Both the position numbers and the translations under genes were made by a program. 64,000 nt of DNA from an uncultured bacterium. Lineage in GTDB: Bacteria > Zixibacteria > MSB-5A5 > GN15 > FEB-12. The DNA is taken from assembly GCA_965372795.1 (NCBI GenBank), contig CBDVDR010000007.1:94838-158837 (forward strand), read 5' to 3'. Shown piece by piece: positions 21,165 to 30,655 of the stretch (the first letter of the stretch is position 1; the number at the start of each line of letters is the position of its first letter). The notes under the pieces were generated by a model. That model was not told the origin of the DNA and made no database searches. It saw only the letters and a list, made by a program, of their open reading frames with translations.

Positions 21165-22538
21165 TTACTTATTAACAACCAATTCCGACATAAATTTCTC
21201 AGCTGACATCTTTTCACAGCTAAAAATGACCTTCTTTACATTTTCCATCTCTGTCTCAGAAAGCAATCCTTCAGCCAGAGAATTAAATTTAACGGTCAAA
21301 TCATCATCGGTCATCGGTTCTCTTGGATCACCTTTGGGATATTCAAGATATTCTTCATATGAATTTCCATCATTGGTTGTAATCACAACTTTAGATGGCT
21401 GTTTGGCGGGGAACATCTGTTCAAATTCCTGAGAGGCTTCCCCTTTGATTTTGTCAATAACTTCCCAAATCCGGGCATCTTTCATCTTTTCATCAGAGAA
21501 GGACTGGGTTGTAATCTGTTTGTCAACTATGGCAGCGGCCAGACAATACGGCAGAGAGTGATCGGCGGTCTCTCTTGATTCCGGACGATATTTGTGCTGA
21601 TCAAAAAGAATATCACAAGCACGGGCAATCGTAGTAACGACTACTTCTTTGATATCATCATAGTTAATATCATTATCGCGGATAACTTTCAGTGTACAAC
21701 TTAAATGAGTATGGGTTAAGGCTTCGGTTGGGAATGCTTTCATACTGCATTCTAAAATTTTATATTTTTCTCCCAAACCGCCAATCAGTTTATCTTCGTC
21801 CCATTTTGGTCCGAAAACATCCATCAATCCTTCTTTGCCTTCAAACACCGCTTCGGTTCCGCTGTAACCCTTTTGTGCCATCAGAGCCGCAAAGACTCCG
21901 CTCTGCACAGCCATCGGATCAACCGTATTTTTCATCATCGTCAATTTCCCGGCAGTAGGACACCCGATAGTATGATTATGCGAACCATTGATACCGATAG
22001 CATTAACCATTTGATCAACAGTGAGACCGAGAATTTTACCGGCAACAATTGGAGACACAAATTGAGTCAAAGTTGCATGGTGCCATTTTCTTTCTCTTAC
22101 TCCGGGTACGGCAAATTCACAAAGACGCATCTCAAATTCATAAGCTAAAACAATAGCCGTGATGACTTCTTTCATGGACGCACCAACCATCTCAGCCATA
22201 GAGAGGGCAGCCGGGATGATATCTGATGGATGCGAAGGATCTTCTTTCCAATAGATGTCGTTGTAATCAAGCGCCCGAAACATCAGCGAATTCACCAGCG
22301 TAGCATTGACTGCCGGTATCCGATCACCAAATCCGATAACGGTAGCTTCTTCTTTACCAGCCATATTGATATAAATATCACGCAGAATATTAACATCTTT
22401 CGTATGATATCCGCCATAGGCGCATCCGACCGAATCATAAAGATAGCGTTTAACTTCTTCAATGACATCCGGCGGAAGATCGTTGTAGTTTAAGTTGACT
22501 GCAAATTCAGAAATTTTTCTTGAGATTGTCTTTTTCAT
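21165..22538 (-). CDS. prpD: MmgE/PrpD family protein (2-methylcitrate dehydratase-like)
   Basis: RALDYND, SHPSD, SRETADHSLPY, YPKGDPREPM. Confidence 0.85.
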   Translation of the reverse strand: MKKTISRKISEFAVNLNYNDLPPDVIEEVKRYLYDSVGCAYGGYHTKDVNILRDIYINMAGKEEATVIGFGDRIPAVNATLVNSLMFRALDYNDIYWKEDPSHPSDIIPAALSMAEMVGASMKEVITAIVLAYEFEMRLCEFAVPGVRERKWHHATLTQFVSPIVAGKILGLTVDQMVNAIGINGSHNHTIGCPTAGKLTMMKNTVDPMAVQSGVFAALMAQKGYSGTEAVFEGKEGLMDVFGPKWDEDKLIGGLGEKYKILECSMKAFPTEALTHTHLSCTLKVIRDNDINYDDIKEVVVTTIARACDILFDQHKYRPESRETADHSLPYCLAAAIVDKQITTQSFSDEKMKDARIWEVIDKIKGEASQEFEQMFPAKQPSKVVITTNDGNSYEEYLEYPKGDPREPMTDDDLTVKFNSLAEGLLSETEMENVKKVIFSCEKMSAEKFMSELVVNK

Positions 22539-22565
22539 TTTCTTTAAACTCTCTATTCAATAGAT

Positions 22566-24533
22566 TTATAAATTCTTTTTTACCCAGTTTTCAAGACCTT
22601 CAACAACTACCAGTTCCTGTGCAGCGGCACCGACCGGACTGATAGAATAAGTTTTCCCATTGTATTCAATGATAGAGTTCTGGAAATCTACAACAACTTC
22701 CCCTCCGGATGCAACAGTTAGTTTTTCAATCCCGAGTTCTTTTTTTAAATCATCAACCAGTTCCGGACATTCGATAGTAAGAAACCCATTATTGAGCGCA
22801 TTCCGTTTATATGTTTCGCTGAACGAACCGGCAATGACTAATTTTATCCCGCGATATTTTAAAGCCGTAGCCGCCTGTTCACGTGAAGAACCGGTTCCAA
22901 AATTGTACCCGCCGATTAAAATATCACCCTCATTAACAAGTTTTCCGAATTCGGAATCATAGTTTTCCATTACTACTTCAGCTTGTTGCTTTGGAGTAAA
23001 ATCATCGACATAGGTATATTTTCCGGGATAAATACCATCGGTATTTAAATTATCCTGATGGCAGAAAATAAGCCTGCCTTCCAATCCTATTGAGAATCCA
23101 TCAATAATCGGAACCGAGCCTGATGCTGTTGATTTTTGGGTCTTTATATTAATATCACCTTTGATAGAAGCATCTTCGATTTCAAACGGCATGTCAACAT
23201 GTCCAGCTATTGCCGAAGCGGCAACCACAGCCGGAGAGGCAAGGTACGCTTTGGCATCACGGGAGCCCATGCGTCCTTTGAAATTTCTATTTGTAGCCGA
23301 AATGCCAACTTCACCGTCTTTTAACAGTCCGGCACCAAGACCGATACAAGGTCCGCATCCGGGAGACAGCTCAATCGCACCCGAATCAAGCAGCGTCTGC
23401 CAATCACCGCGGCGTTCGCTTTCTTTTTGTACTTCACTTGAGGCAGCCGCAATATAGAACTCAACACCATCAGCCACCTGTTTGCCTTTGACAACCTCTG
23501 CTGCTTCGGCAAGATCCTCAACCCGGCTATTAACGCAAGAGACCAGATATGCTTTATGAATCTTCATCTGTTTCTCTTTCATCTCAGTTGCGGGAGTCAT
23601 AATTTTGACATGGTCCGGACCGGACAGATAAGGAGTTACTGAATCCAAGTCCAAAGTTAGTTCTTTAGCGTAAAAAGCGTCAGGATCCGGCTGAACAATA
23701 TTAGCTTTTAATTCATCCAGGCGTTGTTTATTTAAACGGGGATGAGTTCCATTCCCATCAGAATCAGATGGCACTCCTTCTAGCCCTCTTTTCTCAACAA
23801 AGGATATTCTCTGCTTGAGCCAATTGAGTGTAACTTCATCTATTGGGAAAACACCGGCAAGCGCTCCCCACTCGGTAGTCATATTTGAAATTGTTAATCT
23901 TTCATCAACCGAAAGATTAGCAATCCCATCACCAGAAAATTCTATGGCATGGTTCAGTACTTCATCTTTATTGAAAAAACCACATAATGCAATAATGACA
24001 TCTTTCCCGGTTACTCCTTTGCGAAGTTTCCCATTCAAATTAACTTTTGCTACCGGCGGAACCTGCCACCAGGTTCTTCCCGTTGCCCATATCGCCGCCG
24101 CATCCGTTCTAACAATCGGAGTTCCCAAACATCCCAATCCTCCATGCATATTGGAGTGACTGTCCGAGGCTACAATCATTCTTCCCGGCCAGGAATATCC
24201 TTCTTCACATAAAATCTGATGACCGATACCTCTTCCAGCCGGGTAAAAATCAACACCCATCTCTTTGGCAAAGGCTTCGATCCGGGCATACTTGGCAAGG
24301 TTTTCATCGCTTCTATTTTGAACATTATGATCAAGAGTAAAAACGACCTGACGAGGGTTGGCTATTTTGGTAGCACCTATTGATTTAAATTTTGGTATAA
24401 CTGCCCCGGTGTTATCATGGGTCATAACATGTGCCGGTTGTATCGACAGATAATCTCCGCTTTGGACAATCTGATTTTCTGCTAATCCAACAGCATACTT
24501 TTGAGCAATTTTTTCAACTATATTTTGAGCCAT
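22566..24533 (-). CDS. lysF: Single-chain aconitase-family hydratase, most like fungal-type homoaconitase (LysF/Lys4)
   Basis: MTHDNT, GRGIGHQI, VASDSHSN..GG.G.LGTPIVRTDAAAIWATG.TWWQ, VSCVNSR, CGPCIG; fused swivel domain GTGSSREQA. Confidence 0.75.
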   Translation of the reverse strand: MAQNIVEKIAQKYAVGLAENQIVQSGDYLSIQPAHVMTHDNTGAVIPKFKSIGATKIANPRQVVFTLDHNVQNRSDENLAKYARIEAFAKEMGVDFYPAGRGIGHQILCEEGYSWPGRMIVASDSHSNMHGGLGCLGTPIVRTDAAAIWATGRTWWQVPPVAKVNLNGKLRKGVTGKDVIIALCGFFNKDEVLNHAIEFSGDGIANLSVDERLTISNMTTEWGALAGVFPIDEVTLNWLKQRISFVEKRGLEGVPSDSDGNGTHPRLNKQRLDELKANIVQPDPDAFYAKELTLDLDSVTPYLSGPDHVKIMTPATEMKEKQMKIHKAYLVSCVNSRVEDLAEAAEVVKGKQVADGVEFYIAAASSEVQKESERRGDWQTLLDSGAIELSPGCGPCIGLGAGLLKDGEVGISATNRNFKGRMGSRDAKAYLASPAVVAASAIAGHVDMPFEIEDASIKGDINIKTQKSTASGSVPIIDGFSIGLEGRLIFCHQDNLNTDGIYPGKYTYVDDFTPKQQAEVVMENYDSEFGKLVNEGDILIGGYNFGTGSSREQAATALKYRGIKLVIAGSFSETYKRNALNNGFLTIECPELVDDLKKELGIEKLTVASGGEVVVDFQNSIIEYNGKTYSISPVGAAAQELVVVEGLENWVKKNL

Positions 24534-24554
24534 TATTAATTTCCTTTAAGATAT

Positions 24555-25103
24555 CTATGCATCCTTAACGAGATCAAAATCAATAAAATCACAATGATGA
24601 AAAATAATACTTTCTGCTAATCTTTTTTCTCCGGCACCCTCTTTTGAATGAGTAGCAATTACATGCATTACCTCTGAAGGGACACCATGTTTGAAGGCAA
24701 GTCCGACACCACTGAAAGGATGACGGATATGTTTACCATAGTCGGATTTTTGGGGAGCACCGTCAACAATTTCAAATTCTAAAAGTTTGCCGACATCAGC
24801 AAGCAATGCTCCGGAAATCAGGTAGTCACGATTTACTTTTGTTTTATTGGCACCATGTACTTCATCCAAAACTTCATCACAAGCAATACACATACGACAA
24901 ACTGCGCGGACATGATCAATAAAAGTAATATTTACATTCTCAGCTAACAGAGTAAAGGGAATGTTGCGAAGTAATTCTTCAGACCAACCCCGAAACTCAA
25001 TTGCTTCAATCCAGCAATCAATAGTTTGACCGCGAAGTTTTTCATCATTTATCAATTCTACTTCAGGTAATAATCTTTTTACTAATTCTATTTTCTCTGA
25101 CAT
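24555..25103 (-). CDS. HD/HDIG domain metal-dependent phosphohydrolase-like protein
   Basis: DHVRAV, GALLADVGK (HD His replaced by Ala), RHPFSGV, IATHS, HHCDFIDF. Confidence 0.8.
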   Translation of the reverse strand: MSEKIELVKRLLPEVELINDEKLRGQTIDCWIEAIEFRGWSEELLRNIPFTLLAENVNITFIDHVRAVCRMCIACDEVLDEVHGANKTKVNRDYLISGALLADVGKLLEFEIVDGAPQKSDYGKHIRHPFSGVGLAFKHGVPSEVMHVIATHSKEGAGEKRLAESIIFHHCDFIDFDLVKDA

Positions 25104-25391
25104 AATCAGCCCTTTCACACGATTCAATAATTTGGGGCAATCTACATAATTTGATCAGTCCTTGCAATACAACTTTTAAAGGAATCATGGATTTATTGAA
25201 ATTATTTATATTAAATATATCTATTGATCATTAAAACTATAAATATTTTTATAACATCATCAGCATACCATAAAGCGCTGTATAACAGCGTTATAACATT
25301 ATTATACATAACTAATCATTGATTTCTTAGTGATTAATGTCACAAAAGTATCAATTTTGTATTGACTCGGTCGATAAAACTACTTACTTGG

Positions 25392-25409
25392 TTAGTTAAT
25401 GATAACTAT
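25392..25409. promoter_or_regulatory. Putative TetR operator 1
   Basis: TTAGTTA-ATGA-TAACTAT inverted repeat between a TTGACT -35-like hexamer (25362) and the tetR start. Confidence 0.65.
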
Positions 25410-25423
25410 ATGGAGATTCTCTT

Positions 25424-26026
25424 ATGAGAAAAAAAATTGATAGAAAAAAACAGATACTTGAAGAAGCTACAAAATTGTTCAGCGCCCATGGTTATGACAA
25501 AGTAACTGTTAAAGATTTATCAATGGCAGTTGGAATTTCTGAACCGGCATTATACCGTCACTATCAATCTAAAGCAGCAATATATGACACTGTTCTTCTC
25601 TCAATAGAATCACGTCTCGATTGCACTGATTTATTTATTGAGTTAGAAAAAATAGATGATTTAGATAAAATTCTAAAAACACTAGCTAGTCATATTCTTG
25701 TGTTCTTTACCGCTAATGAAGATCTGTACCGCCTACTCCTTTATTCAGCCTTAAAAGGACACGAAAAAGCCAATCAGATTTATCAAATTATCAGAGGATC
25801 ATATATCAAATTTCTTATCAAAAAATTTGATGAGCTCTATCAAAAGGGCACAATAATCGAAAAGAAAAATGATATTACTGCCCGATGTTTTGTAGGAATG
25901 GTATTTGACTGTTCCTTAGGCACTACTCTTTGGAAAAATTTCCAGGGCAAAGTGTACAAACCACACGAAGTTATAGCCAATAATATTCCAATCTATGTAA
26001 AAGGTTTATCAACAAAAGCTGAATAA
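25424..26026 (+). CDS. TetR/AcrR family transcriptional regulator
   Basis: ILEEATKLFSAHGYDKVTVKDLSMAVGISEPALYRHYQSK helix-turn-helix. Confidence 0.95.
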   Translation: MRKKIDRKKQILEEATKLFSAHGYDKVTVKDLSMAVGISEPALYRHYQSKAAIYDTVLLSIESRLDCTDLFIELEKIDDLDKILKTLASHILVFFTANEDLYRLLLYSALKGHEKANQIYQIIRGSYIKFLIKKFDELYQKGTIIEKKNDITARCFVGMVFDCSLGTTLWKNFQGKVYKPHEVIANNIPIYVKGLSTKAE

Positions 26027-26068
26027 AGAATTATTTGAAATCAATGTATTTTTACACTTACACGTAAG

Positions 26069-26086
26069 TTAGTTAACGCTAACTAA
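26069..26086. promoter_or_regulatory. Putative TetR operator 2
   Basis: Perfect inverted repeat TTAGTTA-ACGC-TAACTAA just before the RBS of the decaheme cytochrome gene. Confidence 0.7.
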
Positions 26087-26103
26087 TGCACCAAGGAGGT
26101 ATC

Positions 26104-27039
26104 ATGTTTCAACACAACAAAGATGGTTCCCGATATCGCAAGTTTCTTGTGATAGGTATGGGATTACTTGCCATCTTGCTTGTTGCTCCCGCAAGTTTTG
26201 CAGGAGTTGCAAACGATGTGTGTGCCGGTTGCCATGATGAAGTTAGTGAATCATTTCACAAAACTTCTCACAGCAGCTATTTAGTGCAGGAGCAGTTCAG
26301 TTGTGAAAGCTGTCATGGATCAGCTATTGATCATATCAATAGTGGCGATCCGGAACAGATTATCAACCCTGCTCGTCATGATCAGATTGGCGGAAAAGAA
26401 CTCTGCTTGAGCTGTCACGACAATCATCGTTTTGATGAATGGAGTATTTCATCCCACAACACAGCCGGTCTTACTTGTGCCGATTGCCACAAGGTTCATG
26501 AAGACGGCGGCAATGTGGCGAAGAAATCTGCTCCGGAACTTTGCTATAGTTGTCATAGTAATGTTCGAGCTGCAATGTCTATGCCATCACACCACCCAAT
26601 CATGGAAGGTCATATGACCTGTCAGGATTGTCATGGCGTTCATGGCGAAAAACCAGTAATGGCAATGAACGACGGAAGCAAAGAATTATGCTATAGTTGT
26701 CATGCAGAAAAAGAAGGACCTTTTGTTCACGAACATGCCCCGGTGAATGAAGATTGTATGATTTGTCATTCTCCTCATGGCACGGTTGCCAAAAGTCTTC
26801 TTAAACAGAGCGAGCCATCGTTATGTTTGAGCTGTCATCCAATGCATTTCCATGCTACAGTTGTCAGTATTGATGGAGATTTTACAACTCCGCTTGCACC
26901 TGAAAGAGCCGGAACATCAACTTCCGATTCCTTCAAATCAGGCATGTTGACCAAATGTACTCAGTGTCATACTGAAGTTCATGGTTCCGATATGCCTTCA
27001 CAAACAATTTCAACCGGCGCCGCCGGATTAACCAGGTAG
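26104..27039 (+). CDS. DmsE/MtrA/MtoA-family periplasmic decaheme c-type cytochrome
   Basis: 10 CXXCH, signal peptide, GPFVHEHAPV and CTQCHTEVHGSD motifs; ATG 26104 after AGGAGG. Confidence 0.92.
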   Translation: MFQHNKDGSRYRKFLVIGMGLLAILLVAPASFAGVANDVCAGCHDEVSESFHKTSHSSYLVQEQFSCESCHGSAIDHINSGDPEQIINPARHDQIGGKELCLSCHDNHRFDEWSISSHNTAGLTCADCHKVHEDGGNVAKKSAPELCYSCHSNVRAAMSMPSHHPIMEGHMTCQDCHGVHGEKPVMAMNDGSKELCYSCHAEKEGPFVHEHAPVNEDCMICHSPHGTVAKSLLKQSEPSLCLSCHPMHFHATVVSIDGDFTTPLAPERAGTSTSDSFKSGMLTKCTQCHTEVHGSDMPSQTISTGAAGLTR

Positions 27040-27048
27040 GAGAATTAA

Positions 27049-29229
27049 ATGAACAAATACAAAATGATTTTTGTTGGTTTGCTCGTTCTTCTGCTGGCAG
27101 GATCTGTACTCTCAGCCGTAGAAAACGATGCTACAATCGAAAAGTATTCACTTTGGATCGGTACTCATTACACCGAATTTTCTGATTATACTAAAAAAGT
27201 CGGAAAATATAATCTTGGTAATAATGAAATGTTACCTGAATTCATGGTGAATTACATTTCCAAATCATCAAACGGAATGTTTTCACTTGATGGACATTAC
27301 TTCGATGATCAAAATATTTTAGGTAAAGTAAAAACCACTATTAGTGATAAATTTAAAGCCAAATTCCAATATCGTTCAATGACTTTACAGGAAGGTCAGG
27401 ACCTTCTTGAAAATATTGAAGCCAGAGAATGGTTGGAATCAGCAGGTAAACCTGGTGGAAAGATGTTAACCCACGAAATTCTTGATGTTGATGCTGATTA
27501 CAAAACTCATCGTCAGGAAATTTTGGGCGAACTTGAAGTTCTACTATCAAAGAAAAACAATGTTCGTTTGATAGCTGCTCATCGTTCGGTCTTAAAAAAA
27601 GGTACCGAACAGAAGATTGCTTCCAACCATTGTTTTAGCTGTCACTTAACTTCGCAAAGTGCGAAGGTTGATCAACGGCAACACCAGTTTGAAACCGGTA
27701 TTGATGCTGAAGTCATAAATTTCGATCTTGGATACCGTTTTGGGTATCGCTTGTTCGAAAGTAATGCTACACCATCAACTGCCTTTTATGATGATGCTGT
27801 TCATCCTGTAAATGGAGGTTCCGGTGGAGAATTCGGAGCACGGGTGATCTATGATGACACAATCACAACTTTCAGCCGGTATCCGAAAACCGAAAAAATA
27901 TCACATAAAGTTCGCTTAAAAGGTGACGTTGGCACTGGTTATTTAACCGGTACAGTCGGATATAGCAAAACCGAGAATAAGTATACTCAGCTTGCAAATC
28001 AAGCCTGGGTTGGAGCCGGAAGTTATTCTTTATTAATGAACGATAAAACACGTTTAATTGCTAAAGTTTCGGCAACTAAAGTAAAATCTGATAATGTCTT
28101 TATCGATTTACCGACTTATCGCGATGGTTTAGCTGATGGCAATTCATATGATTTTGATTATATGCGATATTCATCACTTGATCGGATGGAATCAAAATTC
28201 ATTGCTGAAATTATCACAAAACTAAACCCAAAATTGACTTTGTCAGTTTTAGTTGGATATAACTTCACTAACCGTGATTATTATCCGGTTCGTAATGATG
28301 GAATTCAAACAAAAAAACTTATCGGTCAGTTTAAACTGAGATTTAGAAAAGGGCTTCGTTATAACAACTCGTTCAAATACCGGTTTGAGAAAATTACTGA
28401 TCCATTTGTTTCCTCAAGAGGATTGTTTGAAGAAGTTGGACATGGTAATGATATTCTGACTCCTTTGGTTCCAACTTCAAGTTGGGTCTTCTATTTCCAA
28501 AGAGAAGAACTTCGTTATCAGGATATTACTACGATGCCTACTCAGATCCACAAGTTTGAATGGCGTTCAACTTATTCACCTAACTCGAAGTACAGCATTA
28601 ATATGGGTGTTAATGGCAAACTTGATAAAAACAGTGAATTGGGTCAGTTGGATGTGAAACATGTATCATACCAGCCAAACTTTTACATGAACTACACTCC
28701 AGATGCGAAATGGGCAATGACAACCGGCTATACTTATAGCTATGACAAGTCACAATTACCGATTACGGTAGCCCTTTTCGATGGCTGAGGTGGCCATATT
28801 TTCCGCGACGCCGGTGGCGACGCTCGACACTATGGTTCTATGTACACCATGGCTGATTATGAAAACAAAGTTCACAATATTTATTTTACAACCAACTTCT
28901 TACCAACCGAAAAACTCCGTATTTTCGCTACTTTGGCTTACAACAAAGCTGAAGGATCGTTAGAAGAAGTCATTATGCCCGATATTGAAGCCCAATTAAA
29001 TGGCGATCTTGAGGATCAGGATTTTACATTCGAAGAAATGCACACTTATAGTGATCTCGATTATAAATATCTAAATCTCAATATTGGGCTTTCTTATGCT
29101 CTCACCCCAACTGTTTCCTGGACAGCTGATGGTGATTTTATTGATTTAACTGATAATACAGGGTATGTCTACGGAAATGAATCCGGATCATATTTCTTAA
29201 TTCGGACCGGATTTAAGATAGATTTCTAA
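27049..29229 (+). CDS. Outer-membrane beta-barrel (MtrB/PioB-position porin) with one CXXCH and a probable selenocysteine at codon 580 (726 aa read-through)
   Basis: ORFs 27049..28788 and 28840..29229 are in the same frame and separated only by TGA (FDG-U-GGHIFRDAGGDARHYGSMY); signal peptide, CFSCH, C-terminal beta-signal TGFKIDF, SECIS-like hairpin. Confidence 0.8.
28789..28837 (+). promoter_or_regulatory. Putative bacterial SECIS element
   Basis: Upper stem GCG-A-CGCC/GGU loop/GGCG-A-CGC with the loop 24 nt after UGA; lower stem GGCCAUA/UAUGGUU. Confidence 0.7.
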
Positions 29230-29257
29230 AAATCCTCTTTTTCTTAACTCCAATCTT

Positions 29258-29293
29258 CAAGGTTGTGTTATTTTCCAAAATAACGCAACCTTG
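29258..29293 (+). terminator. Long hairpin after the porin gene (terminator or mRNA stabiliser)
   Basis: CAAGGTTGTGTTATTTT-CC-AAAATAACGCAACCTTG; no clear U-tract. Confidence 0.5.
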
Positions 29294-29450
29294 TGAAAAA
29301 TAGCACTTGCGGTAATCAAGATAATATATATATTAGGCTATTAAAGATAGATTTTGGAGAGAATAGCAGAAGGTTAACTTTTTATTATACAACGGCTTTT
29401 TAATAATAAGATAGTTTAGATTGTTTTAAAAAATACAAAAAAGACCGGAA

Positions 29451-30647
29451 ATGAACATGATGAAATACTTAAGTTATATACTAATCATTCTTTTAGCAGG
29501 CTCATTATCAGCCAATGAGAAATGCATCGAATGTCATCAAGCAAACCCTCCCCAGGGAATGGAAGCTGCCAAATATGATATTCGGACGCTGGATCTTTCT
29601 GTGCATAAAGATGCAGACTGTATTGATTGCCATAAAATTGATCCGGAAAAAAAACATGCCGGCGAAAAAGGTGTTCTTTGTGGCAATTGTCATGAAGATA
29701 TTGAAGAGACCTATTGCAGATCTCCTCATCAAAATGGTCAACAAGATAATATTGACTTACTCCCAAACTGTGTGAAATGTCATGGCGGTCATGACATTCT
29801 TCGAAGTGATGATACAAACTCCATAACCAACCGCAAAAAGATTATAAAAATATGCATTAGCTGTCATGAAGACGAAAAATTAACCAGTGAAGTTAATCAG
29901 ATTCCAGAAGCGGCAATGATTAAATCTTATGAAAATTCAGTTCATGGAAAAGCCTTGCTGATCGATGGCAACGAAGAAGCTCCTTCTTGTATTGATTGTC
30001 ATGGAAGTCATTCTAATTTACCATCTGATAATCCCGATAGTCCGATTTATAAAACTCATATAGCCGAAACCTGTGGTAAATGCCACTTAGAAGAAGCTAA
30101 ACATTTTCAGGAATCGATACATGGAGAAACTCTTTCCAAAGGTGTCCTGGAGTCACCAACCTGTACAAATTGTCACGGTGAACATAACATAAAGGCTCAT
30201 CTTGATCCTGAATCAAAAGTTTATGCAACTAATGTTGTAAAAACCTGCAGTGGGTGCCATACCTCTGAGGTTATAGTAGGAAAGTATGGTCTTAAAGCTG
30301 ACCGCATTGAAACATTCAAAGAATCTTTCCATGGAGTAGCAATAGAATTTGGTGAGACTAAAGCCGCTAATTGTGCATCCTGTCATGGGGTTCACGATAT
30401 TTATCAACAATCCCATCCAAAGTCTTTGATAAATAAAGATAATATTCAGGCAACTTGCGGAAAATGTCATGATGATCTTCCGGCTGATTTTTCACAAGGC
30501 ACATTTCATAAATCTGCCAGCGATAAAGAATCCGGCGCAGAATATTATGTTAGAAATTTCTATGTTTGGTTTATTACCATTTTAATCTTTGGTTTCATTA
30601 TATATCGTGTTCTTGAATATAAGCGTCGTGTAAAACGTGTGGAGTAG
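29451..30647 (+). CDS. Membrane-anchored multiheme cytochrome c (11 CXXCH, CbcA-like)
   Basis: Signal peptide, 11 CXXCH, repeated SVHG/SIHG/SFHG His ligands, C-terminal TM. Confidence 0.9.
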   Translation: MNMMKYLSYILIILLAGSLSANEKCIECHQANPPQGMEAAKYDIRTLDLSVHKDADCIDCHKIDPEKKHAGEKGVLCGNCHEDIEETYCRSPHQNGQQDNIDLLPNCVKCHGGHDILRSDDTNSITNRKKIIKICISCHEDEKLTSEVNQIPEAAMIKSYENSVHGKALLIDGNEEAPSCIDCHGSHSNLPSDNPDSPIYKTHIAETCGKCHLEEAKHFQESIHGETLSKGVLESPTCTNCHGEHNIKAHLDPESKVYATNVVKTCSGCHTSEVIVGKYGLKADRIETFKESFHGVAIEFGETKAANCASCHGVHDIYQQSHPKSLINKDNIQATCGKCHDDLPADFSQGTFHKSASDKESGAEYYVRNFYVWFITILIFGFIIYRVLEYKRRVKRVE

Positions 30648-30655
30648 TTATAGAG

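Noticed and set aside
28781..28963. 60-aa alternative-frame ORF overlapping the porin UGA (possible frameshift or separate gene)
   Set aside because: The in-frame continuation gives a coherent beta-barrel C-terminus. This ORF is better explained as a by-product of the GC-rich hairpin.
28840..29229. Independent 129-aa gene
   Set aside because: No RBS or signal peptide; interpreted as the C-terminal part of the read-through porin.
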